Source: Cyanobacteria bacterium J06626_4 | GTDB lineage: Bacteria; Cyanobacteriota; Cyanobacteriia; Phormidesmidales; Phormidesmidaceae | NCBI GenBank assembly: GCA_038523235.1 | Contig: JBCBJQ010000003.1 | Location: 64,001-128,000 of the forward strand | Direction: 5' to 3' | Length of the DNA: 64,000 nucleotides | Shown here: piece after piece, positions 53,585-63,294 of the stretch | How the letters are laid out: each line of letters opens with the position of its first letter | Numbering within the stretch: the stretch's first letter is position 1 | Notes under the pieces: model-generated | What the model was told of the DNA's origin: nothing | The model's database searches: none | What the model saw: only the letters and a program-made list of their open reading frames with translations | Translations under genes and position numbers: made by a program

Positions 53585-54160
53585 GTGAGTATGGTTAGCG
53601 TGTTTTGGAATTGTATGCCGCCCATGCTGTTAGGACTGGGGCTACCGGTAGATATCCTCTCGACCCAAGGCATTATGGTGATGCTGCTGGTGGGATATGC
53701 CGGGGCCATGTGGATGTTTTTGAGCAGTGCGCCCAAAGTCTATACCGTCATGGTGTCTGACTTAGAAACGGCTCGTCGCTTTTATGAAGGCATGCTGCAA
53801 ATGCAAACTGCCGATGTGCCGCTGCACTACTACTACAATTACGAACAAACCCTAGGCACCGCTGCTATTGACCCCGTGTTTTCGAGCAGCATGGCGACCT
53901 CGTCACAGCCTTACAACTCGCCTGATGGTCTTTGGTATCAGCTCAAAAAAAATACGCAGCTGCATGTGATCAGCGGGGCCAGCCGGGGCCATCGTGATCG
54001 CCATCGACACGTCTGTTTTGATCACGATTGCCTAGAACAAATTTTGATGCGTGTTCAAACCCGAGGCGTGCGCTGCAAGATTCGCCGTGATACCCCCCTC
54101 AACTTTTTAGTTAAGGACTACGACGGTCAGGTTATTGAGATGGCCGAAGTTGCTAACTAG
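53585..54160 (+). CDS. Membrane-anchored VOC/glyoxalase-like protein
   Basis: VMVSDLETARRFYEG, QLHVI, RHVCF and KDYDGQVIEM; N-terminal TM. Confidence 0.8.
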   Translation: MSMVSVFWNCMPPMLLGLGLPVDILSTQGIMVMLLVGYAGAMWMFLSSAPKVYTVMVSDLETARRFYEGMLQMQTADVPLHYYYNYEQTLGTAAIDPVFSSSMATSSQPYNSPDGLWYQLKKNTQLHVISGASRGHRDRHRHVCFDHDCLEQILMRVQTRGVRCKIRRDTPLNFLVKDYDGQVIEMAEVAN

Positions 54161-54301
54161 AAACCCCCATCAGGGATAGCGGGTGTGGGGCGTAGCGGCT
54201 CGAAGATAGCGCCTGATCAAGAGTCAAGAACGCTGCCGCATGAGTGATGACAGTTTCATTTAGCAGTTAGGCAATCGCGTCGAGAAAAACTGCCACAAAT
54301 A

Positions 54302-54346
54302 AACCCAGACTGCTTGAGTATGTGAACATCTCAAACACTCTGGGTT
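54302..54346. terminator. Hairpin between convergent genes
   Basis: AACCCAGACTGCTTGAGTATGT / ACATCTCAAACACTCTGGGTT imperfect IR. Confidence 0.55.
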
Positions 54347-54394
54347 AGAGTACCGCTAGCCTAGCCCATAGTCAGGTGAGCTCAGCTTGGCGTG

Positions 54395-54802
54395 TTATTC
54401 AAAAACAAACTCGCTACCGGAAATCGCCCCGGTAGAAACACCTGACGGCAATAGCTGCACTGAGGTGTTGTAAGGATTCAGCAAGTCAGGCACGCGGATG
54501 GTGGGATCGGTACGCGTTTGCTGGTCGAGCAGATAGACATAGGTATCGTGAACCGCATAAAGATCGTTCATGATGTCTTGCTCAGGAAACCCACCCACGC
54601 CAAACATTGTGCCGAGTTGACCTGGAGTGGAACGATTATTGATGTAAGCGCCGGAGTTGGCGTTGAAAATCTCATTCATCGCCCGCGGGACATACGCTGA
54701 CTCTGAGGTAGGAGGCTCATCTGCCTGGGCACTAGAGGCGATCGCGACGGAGGCGATGATTGCGGCCGTCGCCGTCAAAGACCGAATTAAGAACTTAGCC
54801 AT
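54395..54802 (-). CDS. Secreted conserved hypothetical protein
   Basis: GAGGA RBS, signal peptide (AQA|D), and QTRTDPTIRVPDLLNPYNTS motif. Confidence 0.75.
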   Translation of the reverse strand: MAKFLIRSLTATAAIIASVAIASSAQADEPPTSESAYVPRAMNEIFNANSGAYINNRSTPGQLGTMFGVGGFPEQDIMNDLYAVHDTYVYLLDQQTRTDPTIRVPDLLNPYNTSVQLLPSGVSTGAISGSEFVFE

Positions 54803-54994
54803 CTCACATTCCTCAATCCACTGAATAAAACGAATAGACACAGACATAGACCGATGTTTGCTATGTCTTGGAGTCTCTTGGCGGCGTAAACTAAAATTCA
54901 CACCAACAATTCACCCGACCAAAATGGCCTGACTGCCTGTTACTTATAGCGCAGTCTCACCAAAACGACGCAATTTTTCTTCATTATTTTCTCT

Positions 54995-55612
54995 ATGACA
55001 TCCCGCACTGACTCCTCTGTTTTGACCTTGACGACGTTGTCCCCAGAGGAACTCCGCGATCGCCTACTCGATCTGTTTTGCGAAGCGGCCTACAAAGAAG
55101 GAGATTTCACCCTTTCCTCTGGGCAAAAGAGCACCTATTACATCAATGGCAAGCAGGTCACGCTGCACGCTGCAGGCGGCGTGATGGTCGGGCGTTTGCT
55201 GCTTGACAAGTTACCGGCGACGACGGCAGCGGTGGCGGGACTCACGCTGGGCGCCGACCCCATGGTCACGGGGGTCAGTATTGTCGGTGCCTATCGCGAT
55301 CGTCCGATCACGCCGCTGATTGTGCGCAAGGAAGCCAAAGGCCACGGCACCCAGGCCTATATCGAAGGGCCTACCCTGCCACCGGAAACGCCTGTCGTGG
55401 TACTCGAAGATGTCGTCACAACTGGGCGCTCTGCCTGGCAAGCGGTTGAGCGGCTGCGGCAAGCTGGCTATACGGTAGACACCATTTTGGCCTTGGTCGA
55501 TCGCCAGCAGGGCGGTAGTGAGTTTTATCAAGCTCAAGGGCTTAATTTTGAAGCCCTATTTGCCATCACCGACATCAAGGCTCGCTATGCGGCGCTGTCA
55601 CAGCAGGCGTGA
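54995..55612 (+). CDS. pyrE: Orotate phosphoribosyltransferase
   Basis: FTLSSGQKS, RKEAKGHG and VVVLEDVVTTG motifs. Confidence 0.96.
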   Translation: MTSRTDSSVLTLTTLSPEELRDRLLDLFCEAAYKEGDFTLSSGQKSTYYINGKQVTLHAAGGVMVGRLLLDKLPATTAAVAGLTLGADPMVTGVSIVGAYRDRPITPLIVRKEAKGHGTQAYIEGPTLPPETPVVVLEDVVTTGRSAWQAVERLRQAGYTVDTILALVDRQQGGSEFYQAQGLNFEALFAITDIKARYAALSQQA

Positions 55613-55725
55613 GGGATGAGTGGACCGCGAGCTAGTTCACGGACGATTTCAAAATCCGCATCCCAACTTGCTAACTCAACCCCGTTTCCGCCTGACGCTG
55701 CCGTTCGTTCCTCGCCTAAAACGCC

Positions 55726-56640
55726 ATGACTAAAACGGCTGGGACGATGAGTCCTTGGCATACTGGGTTAGCTGTGTTGGTCACAGCTCTATGGGGCTTC
55801 ACTTTTGTCGCCATCAAAGTAGGACTGGGGGAATTTCCGCCGCTGCTGTTTGCGGCGTTTCGATACATCGTGGTCGCGGTGCCAACCATGTTGTTTGTGC
55901 CCCGATACCCCATGGCTTGGGGCTGGATCATTGCCGTGGGCATTACCATGGGCGTCTTGCAGAACGGCTTGCTGTATGTGGGATTAGGCCACGGCATGTC
56001 GCCGGGACTATCCTCTTTGCTGCTGCAGTCACAGGCGCTGTTTACACTGCTGTTTTCAACCCTGATTTTGCGCGATGTGCCGCGTCGCCAGCAGTGGCTC
56101 GGTGTCGGGTTGGCGCTGGCGGGCATGGGCACGATCGCCCTCGACCGGGGCGGCAATACGCCGCTGTTCGGTCTGACTCTGATCTTGGCGGCCGCCGCCG
56201 CTTGGGCCATGGGCAACATCTGCATCAAGCTGGCCAAGATTGATAATGGCTTTCAACTGTTTGCGTGGATGTCGGTGATTCCGCCGCTGCCGCTGCTGGG
56301 ACTCTCAGCCTGGCTAGAGTCAGGACAGTGGGTGGCCCTGCGATCGCTCAGCTGGCTGGGTATCGGCACAATGCTCTATACGGGGCTGATTTCTTCGCTG
56401 CTGTGTTTCGGCTTTTGGGCTTATCTAGTGCAGCGCTATTCGCCCAACCGGATTGCCCCCTTTTCCTTACTGGTGCCGGTTTTTGGCATGGCGTTTGCTG
56501 TCTCACTGTTGGGCGATAGTTTCAGCCGCTTAGAGATGATGGGTTCAGTGCTTGTGTTTATCGGGCTGAGCTGCAACATTTTGACGCCAACAGCTGCCGC
56601 GGCGATCGCCCCGACCCCAGGACCACCCACCCAAAATTGA
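55726..56640 (+). CDS. EamA/DMT family transporter
   Basis: About 10 TM helices; LWGFTFVAIK and APFSLLVPVFG motifs. Confidence 0.92.
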   Translation: MTKTAGTMSPWHTGLAVLVTALWGFTFVAIKVGLGEFPPLLFAAFRYIVVAVPTMLFVPRYPMAWGWIIAVGITMGVLQNGLLYVGLGHGMSPGLSSLLLQSQALFTLLFSTLILRDVPRRQQWLGVGLALAGMGTIALDRGGNTPLFGLTLILAAAAAWAMGNICIKLAKIDNGFQLFAWMSVIPPLPLLGLSAWLESGQWVALRSLSWLGIGTMLYTGLISSLLCFGFWAYLVQRYSPNRIAPFSLLVPVFGMAFAVSLLGDSFSRLEMMGSVLVFIGLSCNILTPTAAAAIAPTPGPPTQN

Positions 56641-56688
56641 GGCGTCACCATCCGCTAAGCTTTTGGCATTGCGCTGCCAGAGTTTGCT

Positions 56689-57441
56689 ATGACTGCCGGA
56701 ATACTGACTGCTGTGATTTCTGCTGTAACGTCGCTCTTGGTGGCAGTGGGCACCCAGTACTTCACTTTTAGAACCACGCGCCAGCTAGAGCAGGCTCAGG
56801 AACGTGATCGCATCACCTTGACCTATCTCAACCCGCTCCGACTGTATGCCGAAGAAGTTTATGCACGGCTGGATCGGATTCGCGATCGTTTAGAGCAAGA
56901 AAATGGCACCTGCCAGGCTTTACTATCAATTGACCAACCAGAAGCAATTCACTCGATTGATGAAGATTGGTTTGCCTATCAAGGCTACTATCTGATGTCA
57001 TCCTGCTACATGACAGCTTGCCTATTCTTCCAAATCCAGCGAGTGCGGACGCATGCCCCCTTTCTAAAACTCAGTCAAAACAGCGATACCGAGCTGATCA
57101 GTTTGCTGTTCGATGTCAGCGTGTCCTTGGGCAAAGGCGGGGGCATTTACTACATTTTGCAGGGCACGTTGGCCCACGAAATGGCCACCCCTGAAGGGCA
57201 AACTCCCATGAGCTATCGAGCTTTTTGCACGCAGCTACGCGATCCTCAAAACCTGGCCTGGTTTAAGCAGCTGGTGCAGTTTTATCTCAAGCTGGGGCAA
57301 GGGCAAAATCGTGATCGCATTGCCCCCACCTTGTCTGCTATTCAGCAGCTCTTAGGGTTTTTAGAACGCACCTTGGGTGGCGGCACCAGTATTGAGCAAC
57401 GCCTGATCACCCAAAATGAGGCCGCTAACCAACCGCGTTAA
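56689..57441 (+). CDS. Hypothetical protein with N-terminal TM
   Basis: 250-aa ORF with a hydrophobic N-terminus followed by a coiled segment; no recognised family. Confidence 0.7.
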   Translation: MTAGILTAVISAVTSLLVAVGTQYFTFRTTRQLEQAQERDRITLTYLNPLRLYAEEVYARLDRIRDRLEQENGTCQALLSIDQPEAIHSIDEDWFAYQGYYLMSSCYMTACLFFQIQRVRTHAPFLKLSQNSDTELISLLFDVSVSLGKGGGIYYILQGTLAHEMATPEGQTPMSYRAFCTQLRDPQNLAWFKQLVQFYLKLGQGQNRDRIAPTLSAIQQLLGFLERTLGGGTSIEQRLITQNEAANQPR

Positions 57442-60248
57442 TGCCAGCCTTTCGACAATCGGCGCAGCAGCTTTTCGCTCTCGACCCAGACAAACATCAG
57501 CGTACTGAAACCGAAGCAAATGGCGAGTTCTGTCGGACTGAGGAGCTGCGTACCAAAAAAGGTGCGCAGCGGTTCGACATAAATCAGCATCAGCTGCAGC
57601 ACCGTTGTGATCGTCACGGCTGCCAACACAAACGGATTGGAAAAGGGCGACATCTGATAGGTCATTTGCGTATCTGACCGCACCGCGATCGCGTGGCCCA
57701 TTTGCGCCAGACAGAGGGTGGTGAACACCATCGTTTTCCAGCGGTCGGGGTCACCGGGCAAATCAGGATTTTGGGCATGGAAATAGGCCCAATACATCAG
57801 CGTGATGGAAATGATGCTGAACACCACGCCGATGCGCAGCATATAGACGCCGAGCCCCCGCGCAAAGATGCTTTCTTGTGAATCGTGGGGCGGGCGTTCC
57901 ATCACATCGACTTCGGCGGGTTCGACGGCCAACGCTAAGGCGGGAAAGCCGTCGGTAACCCAATTCATCCACAAAATTTGTAGCGGCGTCAGCGGCACAT
58001 CCAAAATCGGTAGCAAAATCGGCGAGGCGGCGATCGTCAGCACTTCACCAATGTTGGAACCGAGAATATATTTCACAAAGCGACGAATGTTGTTGTAGAC
58101 CACGCGCCCTTCTTCCGCTGCCGCCACGATGGTGGCGAAGTTATCGTCGAGCAGCACCATATCGCTAGCTTCTTTGCTAACGTCGGTACCGGTGATGCCC
58201 ATGGCAATGCCGATGTCAGCCTGTTTCAGCGCGGGGGCATCATTAACGCCATCGCCGGTCATGACCACAACGTGATGCTGGGCCTGCAGTGCCTGCACAA
58301 TTCGCAGCTTGTGTTCGGGAGCCACTCGCGCATACACCTGCACATCACGAACGGCCTGCTGCAGGTCGGCAGTATTCATGGTTTCTAAAGTTTGCCCGGT
58401 GAGCGTCGTGGCATCGGTCGGGGCAATGCCCATATCGGCCGCGATCGCTCGGGCCGTTAGCTGGTGATCGCCGGTAATCATCATCGGGCGAATGCCGGCC
58501 TGCTGACAGAGCCGCACCGCCTCACGCGCTTCGGGTCGGGGTGCATCCATCATGCCCACCAGTCCCAACCACACCAAATCTTGCTCCACGTCGGCTTCTG
58601 CAACGTCGGGCGGCGGCAAGGTAGTGAGCGATTTACTCGCGAGGCCCAACACCCGCAAGCCCTGGCTGGCCATCGTTTCATTTTGCGCCAGAATGCGATC
58701 GCGCGTCGCCGCTGCCAAAGGCTGTAACGCCCCCCCTTGCTGAATCCGCTCACACCGCTCTAGCAGCAGTTCGGGTGAGCCTTTGGAAAAGAGCCAGTAA
58801 GGGCTGTCCGGCAAGTCTAGGTCGGTAGCCTCAGGCAGCGGGGCGACGATCACGCTCATCCGCTTCCGTTCGGATGAAAAAGCCCATTCGGCCTGACGCG
58901 AAAACTGCGGCATCAGCGCTTGCTGATTAAACTCGGCCTTGCCCGCCAGCACCACCAAAGCGCCTTCCGTCGGGTCCCCTAAGATCGCCCATTCTCCCGC
59001 TTCTTTTTGCAAGACGGCATCGTTGCACAGCACCCCACACAGCAGCAGCCGTCTCAGATCCGGCGATGTGGCCTCATCCACGTCGCCGGACTCGGTGATG
59101 AACTTCCCTTCGGGCTGGTAACCAGCACCGGTCACTTGCAAACGTTGATCCAGCGTTTGCACCGTCTGGACGACCATTTTGTTCTGGGTGAGCGTGCCGG
59201 TTTTGTCAGAGCAAATCGTCGTCACTGAGCCTAGAGTTTCGACGGCTGGTAGGCGACGGATCAGGGCACTGCGGCGCACCATGCGCTGGGTGCCGATCGC
59301 CAGCGTTACGGTAATCACGGCGGGCAACCCTTCGGGCACGACAGCCACGGCCATGCTCAACGACACTTCTAGCAGGTCTTCAAAGGCTGCCCAACCCGCA
59401 AACAGGACGCCCCCAACCACAATGATCGCAACCAAAATCATCGAGCCGGTGACCAGGGCATTACCCAGCTGATTCATCCGCAGCTGCAGCGGTGTGGGCT
59501 CATTTTCTACCGCCTGCAGCATAGCGGCGATGCGCCCCAGCTCAGTCTGCATGCCCGTTTGGGTCACCAGAGCCCGCCCACGCCCCTTAACCACCTCGGT
59601 GCCTTGATACACCAGGTTAGTGCGATCACCCAAGCTCGCCTCGGCGGCTAACGCTTCAGCAGCTTTTTTCATCACGGCCTGGGCTTCGCCCGTGAGTGCC
59701 GACTCGCGCACTTGCAAATTAGCGGTATCCAGCAATAGCCCGTCGGCGGCGACCTGCATGCCAGCATCCAATAGCAACACATCGCCGGGCACTAAATCCT
59801 GTGAGGGCACTTCGATCGTCTTGCTATCACGGACGATACGCACGCTGGGCGACGCCATTTGCTTCAGCGCCGCGAGGGCTTTTTCGGCCCGACTTTCTTG
59901 CAGATACCCCAACACGCCATTCAAAATAACGATGGCAAAAATTGCGATCGCATCCTTTGGCAGTTCATGGGCCCGCAGGGCAATCCCCCCAGAGATGACC
60001 GCGACTGCCATCAACATCAGCAGCATGATGTTGGTGAACTGATCAATAAAAATGCGCCAGTTCGCGCGCCCCTGGGTCTCTTCTAAAACATTGGCTCCCA
60101 CCTGCTCGCGGCGAGTGATCACCTCTGGTGACGATAACCCCGCCTGGCGATCACTCTGCAATTGGGTCAGCGCTTGATCAGGCAGCAACGTATGCCAGCC
60201 GCCAGCGGGCGGAGTGGGTAGCCAATCGGTCGTATCCAAAGCGTTCAA
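57438..60248 (-). CDS. Cation-translocating P-type ATPase (PacL/Pma1, Ca2+-type)
   Basis: [29 protein letters not shown] and [11 protein letters not shown] motifs. Confidence 0.95.
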   Translation of the reverse strand: MNALDTTDWLPTPPAGGWHTLLPDQALTQLQSDRQAGLSSPEVITRREQVGANVLEETQGRANWRIFIDQFTNIMLLMLMAVAVISGGIALRAHELPKDAIAIFAIVILNGVLGYLQESRAEKALAALKQMASPSVRIVRDSKTIEVPSQDLVPGDVLLLDAGMQVAADGLLLDTANLQVRESALTGEAQAVMKKAAEALAAEASLGDRTNLVYQGTEVVKGRGRALVTQTGMQTELGRIAAMLQAVENEPTPLQLRMNQLGNALVTGSMILVAIIVVGGVLFAGWAAFEDLLEVSLSMAVAVVPEGLPAVITVTLAIGTQRMVRRSALIRRLPAVETLGSVTTICSDKTGTLTQNKMVVQTVQTLDQRLQVTGAGYQPEGKFITESGDVDEATSPDLRRLLLCGVLCNDAVLQKEAGEWAILGDPTEGALVVLAGKAEFNQQALMPQFSRQAEWAFSSERKRMSVIVAPLPEATDLDLPDSPYWLFSKGSPELLLERCERIQQGGALQPLAAATRDRILAQNETMASQGLRVLGLASKSLTTLPPPDVAEADVEQDLVWLGLVGMMDAPRPEAREAVRLCQQAGIRPMMITGDHQLTARAIAADMGIAPTDATTLTGQTLETMNTADLQQAVRDVQVYARVAPEHKLRIVQALQAQHHVVVMTGDGVNDAPALKQADIGIAMGITGTDVSKEASDMVLLDDNFATIVAAAEEGRVVYNNIRRFVKYILGSNIGEVLTIAASPILLPILDVPLTPLQILWMNWVTDGFPALALAVEPAEVDVMERPPHDSQESIFARGLGVYMLRIGVVFSIISITLMYWAYFHAQNPDLPGDPDRWKTMVFTTLCLAQMGHAIAVRSDTQMTYQMSPFSNPFVLAAVTITTVLQLMLIYVEPLRTFFGTQLLSPTELAICFGFSTLMFVWVESEKLLRRLSKGWH

Positions 60249-60358
60249 AAGCTCTACTTGCCAACGATTTCATGTTATCGGTCTGGCCGAATTGAAGATC
60301 TGGCTCTAGCGGTAGATGTTGTGCTTTGTAGAAATTCGTATTGTTTCAGGCAGAAATA

Positions 60359-61213
60359 TTATTCAACGTTGGCGCGTCTCAAAAACGGCACGAGCACGTC
60401 TGACACCTTATCGGCCCAGTCTTCTTGGGCATAATGACCAACTTCAGCCAATTTCGTCAGCTCCCCATGGGGCAAGGTCTCAGCCCAGGTCTCGGCCAGC
60501 GCCACCGGCACCCAAGGGTCGGCGGTGCCCCAAATCAGGAGCGTCATGCCTGACCACTGCTTGAGCTCTGCGGCGATCGCCTGGGTTGTCGCCGCTAGGT
60601 TGAAGGTCCGCAGGGTAAACAGCAGCGATCGCCCGGCGGATGACGTGGTCAAAAACGGTTTGCGATACACGTCTAAGTCTTTGTCTTTGACCTGGTAGGG
60701 GCCGCCGCCTTCCAGGGTGCGATCGACCAGTAAGGGATCTTGGGTCATCATTTCACCGGCGAGCGGCCAGGTCATGCGACGAACGGCACCCGGTAGCTTG
60801 ACCGTCGTATCTAACGGCGTGTTGATGATTACCAATCGCTCCACCCGCTCCGCATGACGCAGCGCATACAGCACGCCATAAACGCCCATAAAGCCCTGCA
60901 CGACCAGGTGACAGCGCTCAATCTCCAGCGCTTGCAAAAACTCGTTTAAGGCCTCGACAAAGGCATCGGCGGTATAGGCAAAGTCGCGTTTTTCCGGAAA
61001 ATCGGAAAAGCCGTGGCCGATCCAATCCGGGGCGATCGCGCGCAAGCCTTGCGCCGCGATTTTGGGCATTACCTCGCGCCAGCTATAGCTTTGCGACACT
61101 AACCCATGCAGCAACACCACCGGCAGCCGACTGGTGTCTTCGCGCAGTGGATTGGCCTCGCGATAAAACCACTTCAGCTTGCCCACCTGAATTTGCTGCT
61201 CTAAAATCGCCAC
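60359..61213 (-). CDS. Alpha/beta fold hydrolase
   Basis: VLLHGLVSQSYSW, APDWIGHGFS, LVVQGFMG and GHYAQED motifs. Confidence 0.9.
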   Translation of the reverse strand: MAILEQQIQVGKLKWFYREANPLREDTSRLPVVLLHGLVSQSYSWREVMPKIAAQGLRAIAPDWIGHGFSDFPEKRDFAYTADAFVEALNEFLQALEIERCHLVVQGFMGVYGVLYALRHAERVERLVIINTPLDTTVKLPGAVRRMTWPLAGEMMTQDPLLVDRTLEGGGPYQVKDKDLDVYRKPFLTTSSAGRSLLFTLRTFNLAATTQAIAAELKQWSGMTLLIWGTADPWVPVALAETWAETLPHGELTKLAEVGHYAQEDWADKVSDVLVPFLRRANVE

Positions 61214-61746
61214 CGACTCGGCCTCTAGATATCGATATGTAGACCCCAGGCTGGTTAAAAACTGCAGCTGCTGTGAGATGTCGTAGCAACAGTTCTTAAT
61301 CCAGACGAAGTTAACGTGGCTATGAGCTTACCGCCTTAGCGACCTCCCCAGCAATTGAGCTCCGCGATGGCGACCGCAGTCCAAGACAGGGCTGGCACCC
61401 CTCACCCCAACCCCTCTTTTGTCGATAGCAAGGCGGCAAACCCTGATGGTTCCCTGGCTCCACTTACCCCCGCCGGGTCAGGCGGCGGGCGGCATGAGGG
61501 CGATCGCCTGCCGGGTCTATCCAGGCGCTGCAATATCTTATTGACCTGTTCACCGGGCACGCGATCGCTGGGTGATACCCGTAACCCGGGTGTTAAACGC
61601 AGGCTGAGAAAGGCGCTAGCAGTTTCAGTAAAAACACCAGCAAACCTGGCTGACAATTTTTTCGAGGTACCGTAGATGTACCGTATTTTGTAATATATCA
61701 AGAAGAGGTGGGCTCAGCCGCCTCCCATCGAGAGGAGGAAACCACC

Positions 61747-61947
61747 ATGTCAGGAACCTTCGAAACCGGACATCAGCTGTCATCACTGGTTGACCAGTTC
61801 ATGGCGTCGAGAAATATCAGTCAGCGGCAGTACCGACGGCTGTCTCAACTTGTTTTGGCCGACGGTAGCATTGACGAGCAAGAATTGCGAGAAATTAATC
61901 GCTTGTTTGACGCGATTCAAACGGGTCGGATTCGCGTCATCGATTAA
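61747..61947 (+). CDS. 66-aa small protein, copy A
   Basis: Strong AGAGGAGGA RBS; paralogous to 62296-62496; LADGSIDEQE...INRLFDAI motif. Confidence 0.85.
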   Translation: MSGTFETGHQLSSLVDQFMASRNISQRQYRRLSQLVLADGSIDEQELREINRLFDAIQTGRIRVID

Positions 61948-62295
61948 GAAAGTTGCCCTGAACCTGCACAGGCAATCTGCCAGAGGTGGGTTGATGCCTT
62001 GTCGATCGCGCTAAATGTCCGATCAAAGTGCATTTTGCCCCACCGCCCCACCCCCGCAATTGCCCCTGCTCAGGACCCAGAGACTGCCCCACGCCGGTAT
62101 TTTCATCCTCAGGTCTGTGCCGAGGTGGTGTAGACGAGGAAGATTCCCGGCGATCTGCCTGAGACTGCGCGACTGCGGCGGCTCAGAAGTGCGCAAAAAC
62201 CCATTGGATTGAGCTGACCGTCTCCAAGCGCTGCCGGTATACTTAACCGGGAAGAGGCGCGTGAAATCGTCTGTTACAGAGAGGAGGAGACGACG

Positions 62296-62496
62296 ATGTC
62301 AGGAACCTTTGGCAACGGATACCAGCTTTCATCACTAGTTGATCACTGCATCGCGTGCAAACACATTAGTCAGCAAGAGTATCAGTATCTCGCTCAAATC
62401 CTCTTGGCGGACGGCAGCATTGATGAGCAGGAACTCCAAGAAATCAATCGCCTGTTTGACGCCATTAAAGCAGGCCAGATTCGCGTACTTCATTAA
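62296..62496 (+). CDS. 66-aa small protein, copy B
   Basis: AGAGGAGGA RBS; 44/66 aa identical to copy A by manual alignment. Confidence 0.85.
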   Translation: MSGTFGNGYQLSSLVDHCIACKHISQQEYQYLAQILLADGSIDEQELQEINRLFDAIKAGQIRVLH

Positions 62497-62574
62497 GAGC
62501 GAGTCGAGTCTTTGTGGTGTAACCATTTCCTGCGTAGAGTCATGGTGTTGCCGGCCCAGGGGGCATAAGACTAC

Positions 62575-62616
62575 TTCAAGAAATAACGTGTCCAATTCAA
62601 GAAATAACGTGTCCAA
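62575..62616. repeat. Perfect 21-bp tandem duplication
   Basis: TTCAAGAAATAACGTGTCCAA x2. Confidence 0.95.
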
Positions 62617-62984
62617 GACCCCGGTTTCTAGGCACAGGTCAACAGTCTCCAGCCAGTTTTTCCATCGAAACTGGGTGCTTCAGGTGGAATATTCTTTAGG
62701 CTGGATGCCTCTAAGGGACTTGTGATGGGGATATAGCTTTCTTTCGCAGAGAGACGCCAATTCTTGCCCACAGGGCGCATAACTTCGCTCAGCTAGCGTC
62801 AATCTTGGGGCGCTGGCTTGTCGGTCAAGTCAACAGCGGTATCGGTAAAACCGATTAACGCAGCTAATGGCAAGCCTCGCGGCAGTTAAATCATCCCGGC
62901 TTCAGATTGTCAGCGGTCACATAAAGCATCGATAAACTCTCCTGAATCTTCCGGGAATATAGGGACTTCGCTCGGGTAATGGAA

Positions 62985-63041
62985 TGGTAGATGCACCCTG
63001 ATTCCAAAGCTTCGCTGTTTTAACAGCGGGGCTTTTTTTTT
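62985..63041 (+). ncRNA. Putative NsiR1-like sRNA, copy 1
   Basis: TGGTAGATGCACCCTGA 5' motif, terminator AAAGCTTCGCTGTT-TT-AACAGCGGGGCTTT plus T run, and TCCGGG ~35 nt upstream. Confidence 0.6.
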
Positions 63042-63205
63042 CGCGAGTCACGTCACGGGTCAGTTGAGCACCGTCCAACACGTCAGTGCCAAGCTATTTC
63101 ACCCTTGCTGCTCATCCCTGCTTCAGACTGCCAGCAGTCATATAAAGCCTTGATAAACTCTCCCCAACCTTCCGGGAATACAAGGACTTCGCTCGGGTAA
63201 TGGAG

Positions 63206-63260
63206 TGGTAGATGCACCCTGATTCCAAAGCTTCGCTGTTTTAACGGCGGGGCTTTTTTT
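63206..63260 (+). ncRNA. Putative NsiR1-like sRNA, copy 2
   Basis: Identical to copy 1 except for one A>G that keeps stem pairing as G-U. Confidence 0.6.
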
Positions 63261-63294
63261 GTCACTGGGCACTGTTCAGCAGGTCAGTACGAGG

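Larger units (their letters stand above)
62891..63260 (+). repeat. Two 149-bp direct repeats (62891-63039, 63112-63260), period 221 bp
   Basis: Ungapped alignment with 14 mismatches by manual count. Confidence 0.95.

Noticed and set aside
62335..62725. ORFs overlapping microprotein B (62335-62616 minus, 62339-62725 plus)
   Set aside because: They are alternative frames of a gene supported by paralogy and an RBS; their peptide repeats come from the 21-bp duplication.
62891..63260. CRISPR array or attachment-site duplication
   Set aside because: There are only two long (149-bp) diverged units ending in terminators, with no cas or integrase gene and nothing substantial between them.
63083..63265. 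60-aa minus-strand ORF
   Set aside because: It starts inside the terminator T run and its paralogous copy does not give an equivalent ORF; it is most likely a shadow of the RNA unit.
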